Shown piece after piece: positions 47,297 to 57,672 of a stretch of 64,000 nt of DNA. Origin of the DNA: Candidatus Latescibacterota bacterium (GTDB lineage Bacteria; Latescibacterota; UBA2968; UBA8231); assembly GCA_965197905.1 (NCBI GenBank), contig CBDAOB010000003.1, positions 544,001 through 608,000 on the forward strand. Reading direction: 5' to 3'. The translations under genes were made by a program, and so were the position numbers. Position 1 is the stretch's first letter, and each line of letters starts with the position of its first letter. The notes below the pieces were generated by a model. It saw only the letters and a program-made list of their open reading frames with translations, was not told where the DNA came from and did no database searches.

Positions 47297-49210
47297 TCAG
47301 GGTGAAACCGCCGGATCGCGCGACCAATAGGTGCGATATATCTCTCGGGCAGCCGAGGAATGAGACCCCTTCGAGCTCAGCAGCTCCAGATGCCCGATAA
47401 CCCCGAGACGTTCCGCTTCGGCAATCCCATAGCGCTCGAAGGCCTCCCTGTAGGCGGTGCGGGCGTCGTCATAGGCACCGTCAGCGAGATGACACAACGC
47501 AAGGTTGAAGTGGGCAATGCTGTGCGGGGCCCGGGCGAGCACGAGGTTGTATTGTTCGACGGCGGCACGGGGCCTGTTGGCCGTCAACAATGCCCAGCCG
47601 AGATTGATCCTGGCGGAGAGCCGCTCCGGATCGAACCTGAGCGCGCGTTCATACGCTTCGATCGCGGCCTCGAACTCCAGGTTCTCGTAGTGGCCGTCTC
47701 CCGCGTTGTGGTAGGCCTGGGCGATCAATGCCGCGTTTCCCGAGGCGTATCCCGAGATAGCGGTCAATCTGGCGTTCGCCAGCCCCCGCACCAGCGAATC
47801 GGGATCCATCGACCTCGAAACCTGCTGGTAGATGTGGAGCTTTGCATTCTCGGGAAACCGTGTCGTCGCCGTCTCCAGCATCGCCCGCACCTCTTCTTCC
47901 CCACTCCCGATAAGCAGAAAACAGAGACGGTCGTAGGCGTCCTCCAGATCGATGAGGTCCGACTCCATAGCCACGGACTGCCGCAGACGATCGATGCCGA
48001 TGGCTATCTCGTTCCGGGCTACGTAACTCCGGGCGGAGGTGTAGAGCGATATCGCTTCCGTCCGTTTGAGCGCCACGTAGCTGCTGAAGACAAGGCCGGC
48101 AAGCCCGACACCGAGAGCGAGATTCTCCCAGTGTCCGAATCGACGTGCGACGAGCCACAGCCCGTGTGCCAGCAACAAGGAGCTGCCCGCGGTGGCGAGA
48201 TAGAGATACCGCGAGGGACCCGCCGGTAGATTGACAACGATCGCCTCGTTGATGATTGCGAACGGTACCAGCGCGAATAAGGTCCAGCATGCGAACACCG
48301 CCTCGGGAACCGCCCGACGACCCGCGATCGCAAGCAGTGCTACCAGAACGGCACCTCCCGCATACAGCTCCCACTCGGCCAGGCGGTACAACGGCATGGG
48401 CACCCAGTGGGCCGTGGTGAAGGTTCGACCAGCAAGCCACAGCAGGACCCGCCAGAACTCCAGGGACAGCTCGGCGGCGCCATCGGTGCCATAGGTCAAC
48501 AGCGCCTGCCCGGTGCTGGTATCGCTGGAACTGCTGGCCAGCAGATAGGCCGTCAGAGGCAGGTGGACCCCCACAGCAACGACTAGCACCCGCCAGTGAT
48601 TCCTGAGCGTTAGCCGGGAGGAAAACCCCCAGTAGATACAGACTGGCAGAACCGCGCTGGCGGCGAGGTGCGCCATGGTGGCTGCCGACAGCAGAATGAC
48701 AAATGCCATGACCCAGCGCAACTGCTCGCTGGCGAAATATCTGCCACAGCAGATGAGGGCGCCCAGCCCCAGTGCCAGGGCCAGGGGATAGTCCAGGGCC
48801 GAGATGTGGTGCACCGCCCGGAAGTGGGCCACGTTTAGCAGAAAAAGCAGCGATCCGGTGCAGGCTAGTCGACGCTCAAGCCCGGCCAGATGCGCCCATG
48901 CCGCGAGCAGAATGGACGCAGCTGCGTGCAACGCGACTACGAGGAGGTGAAACCAGAACGGATCGTTGCCCCAGACGAGATAGGCCAACCACTTGATCAG
49001 CTCCGCCAGCGGACGACCAAATGGTTGCTGCTTTTTCACGGCGAAGAAGACGGAGAAGTCTTCGCTGATGGCGACGTTGTCGTGGAAGGTTTCGGCGTCG
49101 TGGGTGTCCAGGAGGTGTTCGCTGAGGCTGCCGAAACATATCCCCGCCACGACGGCGGTGAGCAGACTGAAAGGGATCCAAGTCCCCTTCACAGTGAGGG
49201 GCGCTGGCAA
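47297..49210 (-). CDS. Polytopic membrane protein (GT-C-like) with C-terminal TPRs
   Basis: Multiple TM segments, RPL, FH...LH, RYLY motif, TPRs (AYHNAG, ARINLG, AHFNLA). Start uncertain. Confidence 0.8.
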   Translation of the reverse strand: MPAPLTVKGTWIPFSLLTAVVAGICFGSLSEHLLDTHDAETFHDNVAISEDFSVFFAVKKQQPFGRPLAELIKWLAYLVWGNDPFWFHLLVVALHAAASILLAAWAHLAGLERRLACTGSLLFLLNVAHFRAVHHISALDYPLALALGLGALICCGRYFASEQLRWVMAFVILLSAATMAHLAASAVLPVCIYWGFSSRLTLRNHWRVLVVAVGVHLPLTAYLLASSSSDTSTGQALLTYGTDGAAELSLEFWRVLLWLAGRTFTTAHWVPMPLYRLAEWELYAGGAVLVALLAIAGRRAVPEAVFACWTLFALVPFAIINEAIVVNLPAGPSRYLYLATAGSSLLLAHGLWLVARRFGHWENLALGVGLAGLVFSSYVALKRTEAISLYTSARSYVARNEIAIGIDRLRQSVAMESDLIDLEDAYDRLCFLLIGSGEEEVRAMLETATTRFPENAKLHIYQQVSRSMDPDSLVRGLANARLTAISGYASGNAALIAQAYHNAGDGHYENLEFEAAIEAYERALRFDPERLSARINLGWALLTANRPRAAVEQYNLVLARAPHSIAHFNLALCHLADGAYDDARTAYREAFERYGIAEAERLGVIGHLELLSSKGSHSSAAREIYRTYWSRDPAVSP

Positions 49211-49250
49211 TGTCAGCTCGTGTTCGGTATGCAGATGCTGCCTTGTGCAC

Positions 49251-50498
49251 TCAGCGGGCTGTCTCGACCGCGGGTTTTTCGTAGACTAGCTTTCCCGCCT
49301 TGAATACCCGAAGAGGATCACGCAGCGCATCCAGTGACTCCAGGGGATTCGTCGAAAGCATGGTCAGATCGGCTCGGTATCCTTCCCTGACCTCGCCCAC
49401 TTCACCCAAACGCAGCAGCCTCGCGTTGCCGCACGTGGCCATGGCCACAACCTCGGGAACCGGGATGCCGGCTTTTTCGTAGGTGAGCAGCTCGTCCACC
49501 AGCGAATCGAACGGTGTATCGGTGCAGCCGCAGTCGGTGCCTGCCATCATATCGATGCCGAGTTCGTAGAAGTGACCCGTATTGACGAGACGACCTTCCA
49601 GCCGCTCCACGGCCGCCAGATCGGAAGGGTTGTGGGAAGCGCCCGACTCACGGAACCGCTGCGCCGTCTGCAGGGCGCCGTATACCGTAGGCCCGATGGC
49701 GATGCCCGCGTCTTTGATGCGCCGGGCGATCTCCTCGTTGTAGCGGTATACCCCGGGCGGCTCTACGAAGGTAGCGTGTTCGATCATAGGGAGGCCGGCG
49801 GCGATGGCTCTTTCGATGCTCTCGGTAGCGTGGCAATGCGCGGTGGTGGTCAATCCATTGGATTCCGCGAAAGCGGCAGCCTCGCGCATCAGCTCGAACG
49901 CCAGATCAGCTTCGTGGGGCACCGTACCCGGGGTCAATCCACCGCCAGAAGCCATCAACTTTACGAACCCAGCTCCCTGATCCAGCAGCCAATCGAGTCT
50001 TTCGCGCAGCTGTCCGAGGTCGGCCACCTCGCCTCCGAAAAAGTGGCAGTGACCTTGGGGACGCATAAGCGCGTATCCGCAGGCAATAATGTGCGGACCA
50101 ATAGCTTCGTCGCGATCGATTTCCGCCTTGAAGGAAAACATCAGCGGCGCCGGTGCGCCGGTATCACGCATGGTGGTGATGCCGGCTGCGACCGCTTTCC
50201 TGGCATTGCCCCGGGCCCACTCCGTCCTTTTTTTGTCGCTGGCCTCGAGATAGGTGGAGCGAGGGTCGGAACCAGCATCGAGAAAGAAATGAACGTGGGA
50301 GTCGATGAGACCCGGGCACAAGAAGAGACCGGTGCCGTCGACGTTTCCGGACGCTCCCAGAACGTCGAAACTCGATCCGTTGACCGGCTGCACAGCTTCG
50401 ATGTGCTCGCCCTTCAAGAGAACATCGTGGTCTGGAAGCAGGGTCCCGGTAACCACGTCCACCACGGTTACATTGTTGACACAGGTCGTTGCACTCAT
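49251..50498 (-). CDS. Amidohydrolase family protein
   Basis: PGLIDSHVH, GITTMRDTG, KLMASGG, AHCH, IEH, AGTDCG, GYRADL. Confidence 0.92.
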   Translation of the reverse strand: MSATTCVNNVTVVDVVTGTLLPDHDVLLKGEHIEAVQPVNGSSFDVLGASGNVDGTGLFLCPGLIDSHVHFFLDAGSDPRSTYLEASDKKRTEWARGNARKAVAAGITTMRDTGAPAPLMFSFKAEIDRDEAIGPHIIACGYALMRPQGHCHFFGGEVADLGQLRERLDWLLDQGAGFVKLMASGGGLTPGTVPHEADLAFELMREAAAFAESNGLTTTAHCHATESIERAIAAGLPMIEHATFVEPPGVYRYNEEIARRIKDAGIAIGPTVYGALQTAQRFRESGASHNPSDLAAVERLEGRLVNTGHFYELGIDMMAGTDCGCTDTPFDSLVDELLTYEKAGIPVPEVVAMATCGNARLLRLGEVGEVREGYRADLTMLSTNPLESLDALRDPLRVFKAGKLVYEKPAVETAR

Positions 50499-50595
50499 CG
50501 CGATCTCCACAGCGAGGATGGGTCGGAACCATCGATTCTTTGAGCAAGCTAACCGCAGGCGAAACGCGCGGCAATAGCATCCGGGTGATGCCCAC

Positions 50596-51774
50596 GTGAC
50601 CGTTGCGCCTACTCCCAACCTCAACCGCACCATCGCCTACTTTCTCGCCTTCGCCGTATTCGGCCTGGGTTCCGCCTCGCTCGGTCCCACCCTGTCTGCA
50701 CTGGCCGACCAAACCGACAGCCATCTGAATGCCATAAGCAGCTTGTTCGTCAGCCGGTCGTTGGGATATCTGCTGGGGATCTTCCTTTCGAGCCGACTTT
50801 ACGATCGAATCGCGGCCCACCCTTTGATGGCCCTGGGAATCGCTGTGGAAGCAGCGGTCCTGGCGGCGGTGCCATTGTGCCCGTCTGTCGCGACTCTGGC
50901 GGTAGCTATGGTTGTGATGGGTGTGGCGGAGGGGACGATCGAGGTGGGCGGCAACTCGTTGTTGGTGCGCAATCACACCCACAACCTCGCCCCGTATATG
51001 AACGGCTTGCATTTCTTCTTCGGTGTCGGTGCGTTCGTTTCGCCTCTGGTGGTCGCCCAGGCGATCGGAATCACCGGCGGCATCGCGTGGGCATACTGGG
51101 CGCTCGCGGCCATTACGCTGCCTGCGGGATTGTGGATCCTGACCCTGGCGAGCCCGGCGTCGGCGCCCGAGCCGGTATCGCCGGCTTCGAACGAGCCACG
51201 CACACTCACCCCATGGCCCACGGTAGTTCTGGTGGCAGCTTGTTTCTTCGTTTTCGTTGGCGCCGAGGTCGGCCTGTCGGGATGGATCTATACCTACGCC
51301 TACGAGATGAATCTGGCGAGCAAGACCACCGCCGCGTACCTGACCTCGGTATTTTGGGCAGCATTTACCTTTGGCAGGCTGCTCGCCATCCCGCTCTCCC
51401 GGAGAATTGAACCGCAGGTGATGCTGGCAGCCGACATCGTGGGGGCCGCCCTCAGCATCGGCATTATTCTATTGCTTCCAGGTTCGGTCTGGGTGCTGTG
51501 GATGGCCACCTTGGTAGCCGGCCTCTCAATGGCTTCCATGTTTGCCTCCCTGTTGACTCTGGCCCAAAGCCGGATGCCCTGGAGCGCGCGGATTTCAGGT
51601 TGGTTCTTCATCGGTTCGAGCCTTGGCGCCATGGCCGTGCCCTGGATTATAGGGCAACTGTTCGAAGCGTGGGGCGCCCACAGCACCATGATCGTGCTGC
51701 TGGCAGACCTGGGACTGGCGCTCGCCGTGTTTGCATTCGCTGTGCAGATCCCTGAACAAGCTTGCGCCTGTTGA
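50596..51774 (+). CDS. MFS transporter (FucP-like)
   Basis: About 12 hydrophobic segments; LGPTL, LHFFFGVGAFVSP, VGAEV, GRL. Confidence 0.9.
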   Translation: MTVAPTPNLNRTIAYFLAFAVFGLGSASLGPTLSALADQTDSHLNAISSLFVSRSLGYLLGIFLSSRLYDRIAAHPLMALGIAVEAAVLAAVPLCPSVATLAVAMVVMGVAEGTIEVGGNSLLVRNHTHNLAPYMNGLHFFFGVGAFVSPLVVAQAIGITGGIAWAYWALAAITLPAGLWILTLASPASAPEPVSPASNEPRTLTPWPTVVLVAACFFVFVGAEVGLSGWIYTYAYEMNLASKTTAAYLTSVFWAAFTFGRLLAIPLSRRIEPQVMLAADIVGAALSIGIILLLPGSVWVLWMATLVAGLSMASMFASLLTLAQSRMPWSARISGWFFIGSSLGAMAVPWIIGQLFEAWGAHSTMIVLLADLGLALAVFAFAVQIPEQACAC

Positions 51775-51908
51775 CAGGTAGCCTATCGAACAAAGCCAGC
51801 ACTCGACGCAATTTGGGTCGCGAATTGCGTTGTCTTCGTCGATGCATCAGTTTGCTCCGTGTATCTATCTACACCGAAGCTTGAACCGACTCAGAAAGAG
51901 CGCCGAAT

Positions 51909-53087
51909 ATGAAGATTACCAAGATTGATTGTCATGTCCTTCTGGTTCCCGATTTCGACTCCGAAGCGTGCAGCTCCGCCCAAGATGATCTGGTCGTGGT
52001 GGTACACACCGACGACGGTTTGGTGGGCATCGGCGAAACCGATACCAATCCATGGATTGCCCGGGCCTGCATCCGCGCCCGGGGCACCCATTGTATGGGT
52101 CTTGGGCTCGAAGAGATGTTGATCGGCGCAGATCCTCTACAGCCCGAGGCGATTTGGCAGAAGATTTACTCCGGCTCCAAAATGACCGGCCGCCGGGGCG
52201 CGCTCATCTGCGCCATGGGCGCCATCGACATGGCTCTCTGGGACATCCGCGGCCAGGCCCTCGACGAGCCGATTTACCAGCTATTGGGTGGCCCGGTAAA
52301 GGAGCATATCACACCGTATGCCAGCCTCTTACCCGCCGGCCGCTCGGTGGCAGAATGCCGCGACAGCCTGGTGCATAAAGCGGCTTCGGCACGACAACGC
52401 GGTTTCCGCGCCGGCAAGATGGAGGTGTGTATCAAGGGCCCGTACACCCACAACGCGGTTGTCGGCACCGACGAGCAGATCGTCGAAACCGTAGCCGCCT
52501 GCCGCGAAGCGGTAGGTCCCGACTTCGAGCTGATGGTTGACGTCGCCTACTGCTGGTCCAATGCAAAAGAGGCGCTGCGGGTGCTGCAGCGATTGGAACC
52601 GTATGACATCTTTTTCGTGGAAACGCCGATCGACATCGACGATCTTGCCGGTTACGCCCAGCTGGCGTCGCGCTCGCCTATCCGCATCGCCGCCGGTGAA
52701 TGGCAGAACACCCACTGGGAATTCCTCGACCTGGCGGACCGGGGAAAGGTCGACGTGCTGCAGCCGGACGTGGGGCGGGTCGGTGGTTTCACGGAAGCCC
52801 GGAAGGTGCGCGATATCGCTGCGGACCGCGGGCGGCTGATCGTGCCCCACTGCTGGAAGAGCGGTATCGGCATTGCCGCCAGCGCCCACCTCTGCGCCGC
52901 CAGCAGCTGCTGTCCGTTTATCGAGTTTCTGCCGGCAGAGCTATCCGAGAGCGCGTTGCGCCGGGAATTGGTCGCTGAAGAGCTGGCGATGGAGAACGGC
53001 CTTCTGGCGCTTCCCCAACGAGCGGGCCTGGGGGTCGAGCTCAACCTCGAAGCGTTGGAAAAATACGAGGTCGACCCCGAGGTCTGA
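51909..53087 (+). CDS. Mandelate racemase/acid-sugar dehydratase family enzyme
   Basis: AIDMALWDIRG, YAS, LMVD, FVETP, AAGE, LQPD.GRVGG, VPH. Confidence 0.92.
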   Translation: MKITKIDCHVLLVPDFDSEACSSAQDDLVVVVHTDDGLVGIGETDTNPWIARACIRARGTHCMGLGLEEMLIGADPLQPEAIWQKIYSGSKMTGRRGALICAMGAIDMALWDIRGQALDEPIYQLLGGPVKEHITPYASLLPAGRSVAECRDSLVHKAASARQRGFRAGKMEVCIKGPYTHNAVVGTDEQIVETVAACREAVGPDFELMVDVAYCWSNAKEALRVLQRLEPYDIFFVETPIDIDDLAGYAQLASRSPIRIAAGEWQNTHWEFLDLADRGKVDVLQPDVGRVGGFTEARKVRDIAADRGRLIVPHCWKSGIGIAASAHLCAASSCCPFIEFLPAELSESALRRELVAEELAMENGLLALPQRAGLGVELNLEALEKYEVDPEV

Positions 53088-53144
53088 TCGTCGTCGTCGC
53101 TTGGAGCCTCCCATAGTGGCCTGTCGCGGAAATAGCTTATGGAA

Positions 53145-53249
53145 TTCGGGGGCCGAGGCGCCCTGCCCGCAAGGCGCCTGAGCGAGCCGTACTGGTCGAG
53201 TACGGCGAGCCAAGGCAACGCCACGGGTCGGGATAGATCGGCGTCCGAA
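53145..53249. repeat. REP-like nested palindromic element between convergent genes
   Basis: Outer arms TTCGGGGGCCGA/TCGGCGTCCGAA, inner arms CCCTGCCCG/CGGGTCGGG, and a perfect core GCCGTACT-GGTCG-AGTACGGC. Confidence 0.65.
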
Positions 53250-53276
53250 AACGCAATGTATTGCTGCGACAGGACA

Positions 53277-54074
53277 CTAGTACCCGGCGAGGTTTTCGCG
53301 CAGGTAGGCGGCCGCCAGGCGCACCTGTTCGATCCGGTCTTCCGCTTGCCCTTCGTAGACGATCGAGATACAGCCGTTGTAGTTGGCCGCCTTCAGGATC
53401 GGCAGGATGCGATCGTAATCTATCCACTGCTCGACCCCGCTCTCGATCTCGTAGAATTTGGTGCGCACGTATAGGGCATGGGGCATCACCTGCTCCATGA
53501 AGGCGTAAAAGTCCACGTCCCGCGGATCCTCGTCCCGCGGATAGCCGCCGGGAGACCCGATCCATTGCCCTGTGTCCATGATGAAGTTGAAGTTCTCGCG
53601 GTCGGTTTCGCGGCGAATGCGCAGCATGTCATCACCTGTGGAAGGGTGATTCTGCAGCCCCACCGAGATCCCTTTGGGAGCGGCGTAATCTGCTGCCTCC
53701 TGGTAACCGGCGATCATCGACGGCCAGGGATCATTGCCATTCTCGTCTTTTTCCGGAATTCGGCCACAGAATACCCGGACTATCGGCGACCCCAGAAACA
53801 GCGCCAGATCCGTCGCGCTTTTGAACAGATCGAGGGACTCCTGGCGTTGCGTTGAATCACCCCCGAAACCGATGCTGCAGCCGATGTATCCAATCGGCAG
53901 GCCGTAGCGCAAACAGGTCCGTTTGATATTGGATAGGTAGGCCGGTTCGGATGAGGTGAAACCGCGAAAGTGGAAATCGACACAGTCCAGCCTGAGGTCG
54001 CGTGCGGTCTCAAGAAACACCTCGATGGGGGTCTTCTTTTCCAGGCTTAGCAGATTGGTTCCGATCTTTATCAT
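53277..54074 (-). CDS. Sugar phosphate isomerase/epimerase (xylose isomerase-like TIM barrel)
   Basis: VRVFCG, LQNH, MDTGQW, YNGCISIVYEG. Confidence 0.85.
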   Translation of the reverse strand: MIKIGTNLLSLEKKTPIEVFLETARDLRLDCVDFHFRGFTSSEPAYLSNIKRTCLRYGLPIGYIGCSIGFGGDSTQRQESLDLFKSATDLALFLGSPIVRVFCGRIPEKDENGNDPWPSMIAGYQEAADYAAPKGISVGLQNHPSTGDDMLRIRRETDRENFNFIMDTGQWIGSPGGYPRDEDPRDVDFYAFMEQVMPHALYVRTKFYEIESGVEQWIDYDRILPILKAANYNGCISIVYEGQAEDRIEQVRLAAAYLRENLAGY

Positions 54075-54116
54075 GGTTCGGTTGTCCCTTCGCTTACGTC
54101 TTTAGGCGTGCCATCG

Positions 54117-55082
54117 TTAGACGGCAACATTGTTGCGTGGGTGTCCCTCGAGGAACGCAATAACGTTGTTGACCGCCCCTTCGTTCAGGAGATCGATCCC
54201 TTCGGGAGTTTGATCGGCCAGGTGTGGCGTGAGGACGACCTGTTCGCAGGTCTTGATCGGATGTTCGCTGACGAATGGTTCCTCACTGAAAACGTCGAGC
54301 GCGGCACCGCCCAAATGTCCCCCCTGCAGGACCTCGGCCAGGGCGTCCAGGTCGAGAACGTCTCCGCGGGCGCCGTTGAGAAGAATAGCATCCGGCTTCA
54401 TGATCTCCAATTCCCGGCGCGATATCAGATTTCGAGTCTCCTCCGTCAGCGCCACGTTGAGGCTTACAACGTCTGCGGTTTCGAGCAGCCCGTCCAGGTC
54501 CACGAAGCGGACTCCAAGTCTTGCCGCACGTTCCGCGGAAGGCCGGAAGGTCCACGCGATCACCTCCATGCCGATGGCGTTGCCCAGGCGAGCCAGCTCG
54601 GCGCCCACATTTCCGGTGCCCACGATCCCCAACACCTTGCGCTGCAGGGTGATATTCATACGACTGGTCCAGCGATCGGATCTGAGCTCGGCGGTTTGAA
54701 AAGCCGCGCGTTTGGCAACGGCGAACATCAAACCGAACATGTGCTCGGCGACCACCGGCGCGGTACGTCCCGGCTGATTCGACACCACGATGCCGAGCTC
54801 TCGCGCGACGTCGAGATCGATCATATCGGTGCCGATGGAGCAGGTGGCGATCATCTTCAAGCGGGGCAGGGCGCGCAGCTCCGGCTCACGCCAGGAAACC
54901 GCGCCGCGCGAATTGATTATTACATCGCAGTCCCGTGCTCGTTCCAGCTTGTCGGCTGCATCGACCGGCCGGTTCTCGAAGACGTTTACATCGCCGCACG
55001 CTTCCAATCGCGTCAGGTGTTTCGAACCGGCGATCTGTAGCGGCTCGTCACCTGGAACCACGATCCTTATTCTGTCTGGCAT
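54117..55082 (-). CDS. D-isomer-specific 2-hydroxyacid dehydrogenase
   Basis: GIVGTGNVG, NGARG, LDVFSEEP, LTPHLA. Confidence 0.93.
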   Translation of the reverse strand: MPDRIRIVVPGDEPLQIAGSKHLTRLEACGDVNVFENRPVDAADKLERARDCDVIINSRGAVSWREPELRALPRLKMIATCSIGTDMIDLDVARELGIVVSNQPGRTAPVVAEHMFGLMFAVAKRAAFQTAELRSDRWTSRMNITLQRKVLGIVGTGNVGAELARLGNAIGMEVIAWTFRPSAERAARLGVRFVDLDGLLETADVVSLNVALTEETRNLISRRELEIMKPDAILLNGARGDVLDLDALAEVLQGGHLGGAALDVFSEEPFVSEHPIKTCEQVVLTPHLADQTPEGIDLLNEGAVNNVIAFLEGHPRNNVAV

Positions 55083-55155
55083 AGTCCTCCCGTGACCGAT
55101 CAGGTAACTTGGAGGAGCCGGCCGTCAGATGCAAGTGGGTTGTGGGTTGGAAGCT

Positions 55156-55389
55156 CTATCGCGCCGGGGTCAGACTGTCGGCCTTTTTCACGGACCCGTA
55201 CTCGTCAATCTCCAGATTCACCGCTTCGAACGTCAGTTCGATAGCGCCGTGCTTCTTCTGCAGATAGACGATGGGAGCAAGGCCGGGAAGAATGCTGGAG
55301 AACTCCGTACCGGGCATCTGATCACGGATTTCCCGGACCAGGTAATCTTTGTTGTCGGATACGTAATTGATCCATTCAGCGGGGTTCAT
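55156..55389 (-). CDS. Small hypothetical protein
   Basis: 77-aa ORF filling an intergenic gap, with protein-like composition and a purine-rich upstream sequence; no motif recognised. Confidence 0.45.
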   Translation of the reverse strand: MNPAEWINYVSDNKDYLVREIRDQMPGTEFSSILPGLAPIVYLQKKHGAIELTFEAVNLEIDEYGSVKKADSLTPAR

Positions 55390-55751
55390 GTCCCTTGTCC
55401 TGCGTTGATGGCGCTGAATCCGCTCGATGATCTCGCGATGCCCGCATGTGCCGCCCCAATAGTTGGACGTGAGTTTTCATAGTGCGGTTCCACAATCATC
55501 TCGAAATTCAGGGTAGCCTCAAGCCCTTTTTCTATTTTGCTTTGCACGACCTTCGAGTGGCGGATAAAACTCATTGCTCTTGTGCCAATTCTCTGGCACT
55601 TTTATCGGAATATCTTTTGCTGACCAGCCACGTATCAAGCTATTCCAGGCATCTCGCAGGTGACAACGATCACGGTCGAGTCGTCCCCATCGATTGGACC
55701 CGATGCCCAAGTTTTTCGTAGTTTTGGCGCCTACTTCGATCGAGAGCTTCC

Positions 55752-56702
55752 ATGGCAGCTGAAATCAGCAAAGACTTCATCAAATCACTCAGAAAAATTC
55801 CGATATTCAAGGATTTGTCGCCCAGCCAATCCAGGGATGTGCTCGGCATTTGTAAACTTCGGGAGTTCGCGGTAGGAGACATCGTTTGTACGCGCAACTC
55901 CACCAGCGAAGAGATGTTCATCCTGGTCTCGGGCGAGCTTGCGGTTCTCAGTGAAGACGGTGTCGTGCTCGCCGATCTGCATCCGGTCACCACGGTGGGA
56001 GAAATGGGTTTGATTACACGGCAGGGTCGCTCGGCGCAGGTCGAGGCTGTAAAACCTTCGAAGGCGATGGTTATCGAGCGCCGTCCGTTCAACGCCCTGC
56101 TGAAGAGTGATGAAAATATCAAATTGAAGGTCTACCACAGCGTCGTAGAAGAGCTGTCGAGCAAGATCGTCAATGACAATGTTCGGACCCGAGACCATCT
56201 GTTGCAGAGGGTGAGGTCTGAGGAGAAGATTTTCGAATTCCGCAAGAAGCTCGAGTTCGTCTTGGATTTGCTGATGGAGTACGCCCAACTTTCGCGCGCT
56301 GAGGCCCAAAAAATCATCGACGAAATCTTCGAAGACACCACGCTGTCCATTCTTATCGTGGACGACGAACCTGCAATACGCGAGTTCGTGAAGGGCGCGC
56401 TCACCGATTATAAGATCCTGGAGGCCCGCAACGGCGAGGAAGCCATGACCGTGGTAAAAGCAGTGGAGCCGGACCTGGTTATTACCGACATCCGGATGCC
56501 GCGTATGGACGGATACGAGCTCGCCAATCGGCTCCGCGAAGAGCGACCGGAGCTGCCGGTGGTGGCACTTTCCGGGGTAGTAAAGAAGGAGGACACCCAG
56601 GGCCACAATTTCGTGGATTTTATCGACAAGCCGATGCGACTGGAAGATTTTCGTAGAGCCATTGAACTTGCCCTCGGCCAAGAGGAAGATTCCAGCGAGT
56701 AG
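55752..56702 (+). CDS. cNMP-binding domain plus C-terminal response-regulator receiver
   Basis: VGEMGLITRQGRSA; ILIVDDE, DLVITDIRMPRMDG, KP. Confidence 0.92.
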   Translation: MAAEISKDFIKSLRKIPIFKDLSPSQSRDVLGICKLREFAVGDIVCTRNSTSEEMFILVSGELAVLSEDGVVLADLHPVTTVGEMGLITRQGRSAQVEAVKPSKAMVIERRPFNALLKSDENIKLKVYHSVVEELSSKIVNDNVRTRDHLLQRVRSEEKIFEFRKKLEFVLDLLMEYAQLSRAEAQKIIDEIFEDTTLSILIVDDEPAIREFVKGALTDYKILEARNGEEAMTVVKAVEPDLVITDIRMPRMDGYELANRLREERPELPVVALSGVVKKEDTQGHNFVDFIDKPMRLEDFRRAIELALGQEEDSSE

Positions 56703-56723
56703 GTTTGCCGTGCGAGGGCGCTC

Positions 56724-57551
56724 GTGATGATCGACGCAGCCCTGCGCTCGACGGTCGAACGCTGGCTGGAGTCCCACCTCAACGTCGAACTTTCCCGCTG
56801 TGGCATAGAAACCATCCCCGTGGTGGCGGTGCCGGATCCGGCGTTCGAGCTCAGGGCTATTCGGTTCGGTGACAGGCACCTGGTCGTCGCCCGCGACTCC
56901 TGGACACCGCAGTTACAGCAGGTCTGCGCGACTCTGGAACCGGATCTGCTGTTCTCGGTCTTCGGGGCATACGAGCTCGGTCGAGTCGCGGTTCCCCGCG
57001 GTTTCGGAATCTGGGGTCCCACATGGTGGCTCTTTGCCGATGAATCATCGTGGCGCCCTCGAGTTGATCACCAGGTGGCGTCGTTGTCTGCCGAACAGTG
57101 TTCCCAGATCGATTTCGGGATCTTCTGGCATTGCTATCCCGCTGATGAACGTGTGGCTTCGTTTGGCATATACCGCGACGATCGACTGGTAGCCCTGGCC
57201 ACCGTGCGAGATCGAGGGCAGCCGTTTATGGAGATCGGTGTCGATGTCGTCCGCGGGCAGCAGACGCGAGGATTGGGGTCGTCGGTGATCTCTGCGGCCG
57301 GCAACTGGATACTGGACCAGGGTCACTTGCCGGTGGCTTCGGTTGGTCCGTTCAACGTGCCCTCCACGCGTGCTCTGCGCAGCGTCGGACTGGCGTATGT
57401 ATTCAGCGATCTGGTCGCCGCCTCGGGATCCTTCAGGGTGCCACCCCAACCGCTGGGGAAACCAATTCCCGAAGCGGATCTGCTGGATTATTACCCCAGC
57501 TGGGCGATGAATCCCGACATCCGGCAGTGCCCGCACCGCCAGCCGGACTGA
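56724..57551 (+). CDS. GNAT family acetyltransferase-like protein
   Basis: EIGVDV...QTRGLG, NVPSTRALRSVG. Confidence 0.75.
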   Translation: MMIDAALRSTVERWLESHLNVELSRCGIETIPVVAVPDPAFELRAIRFGDRHLVVARDSWTPQLQQVCATLEPDLLFSVFGAYELGRVAVPRGFGIWGPTWWLFADESSWRPRVDHQVASLSAEQCSQIDFGIFWHCYPADERVASFGIYRDDRLVALATVRDRGQPFMEIGVDVVRGQQTRGLGSSVISAAGNWILDQGHLPVASVGPFNVPSTRALRSVGLAYVFSDLVAASGSFRVPPQPLGKPIPEADLLDYYPSWAMNPDIRQCPHRQPD

Positions 57552-57672
57552 GCCGACGTCCCACCTTTCCCGGGCCTGAGGGTCCTCCCATCTGGCGCTG
57601 GCGCGCGCCTGCCCATTGAGTACCTTCGCCCGTCGACCCCGACTTCCACACCTACGAAGGAGAGTACCAACC

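Noticed and set aside
55386..55574. 62-aa ORF overlapping the 77-aa hypothetical ORF by ATGA
   Set aside because: It has no recognisable motif and a weak RBS, so it cannot be supported from sequence alone.
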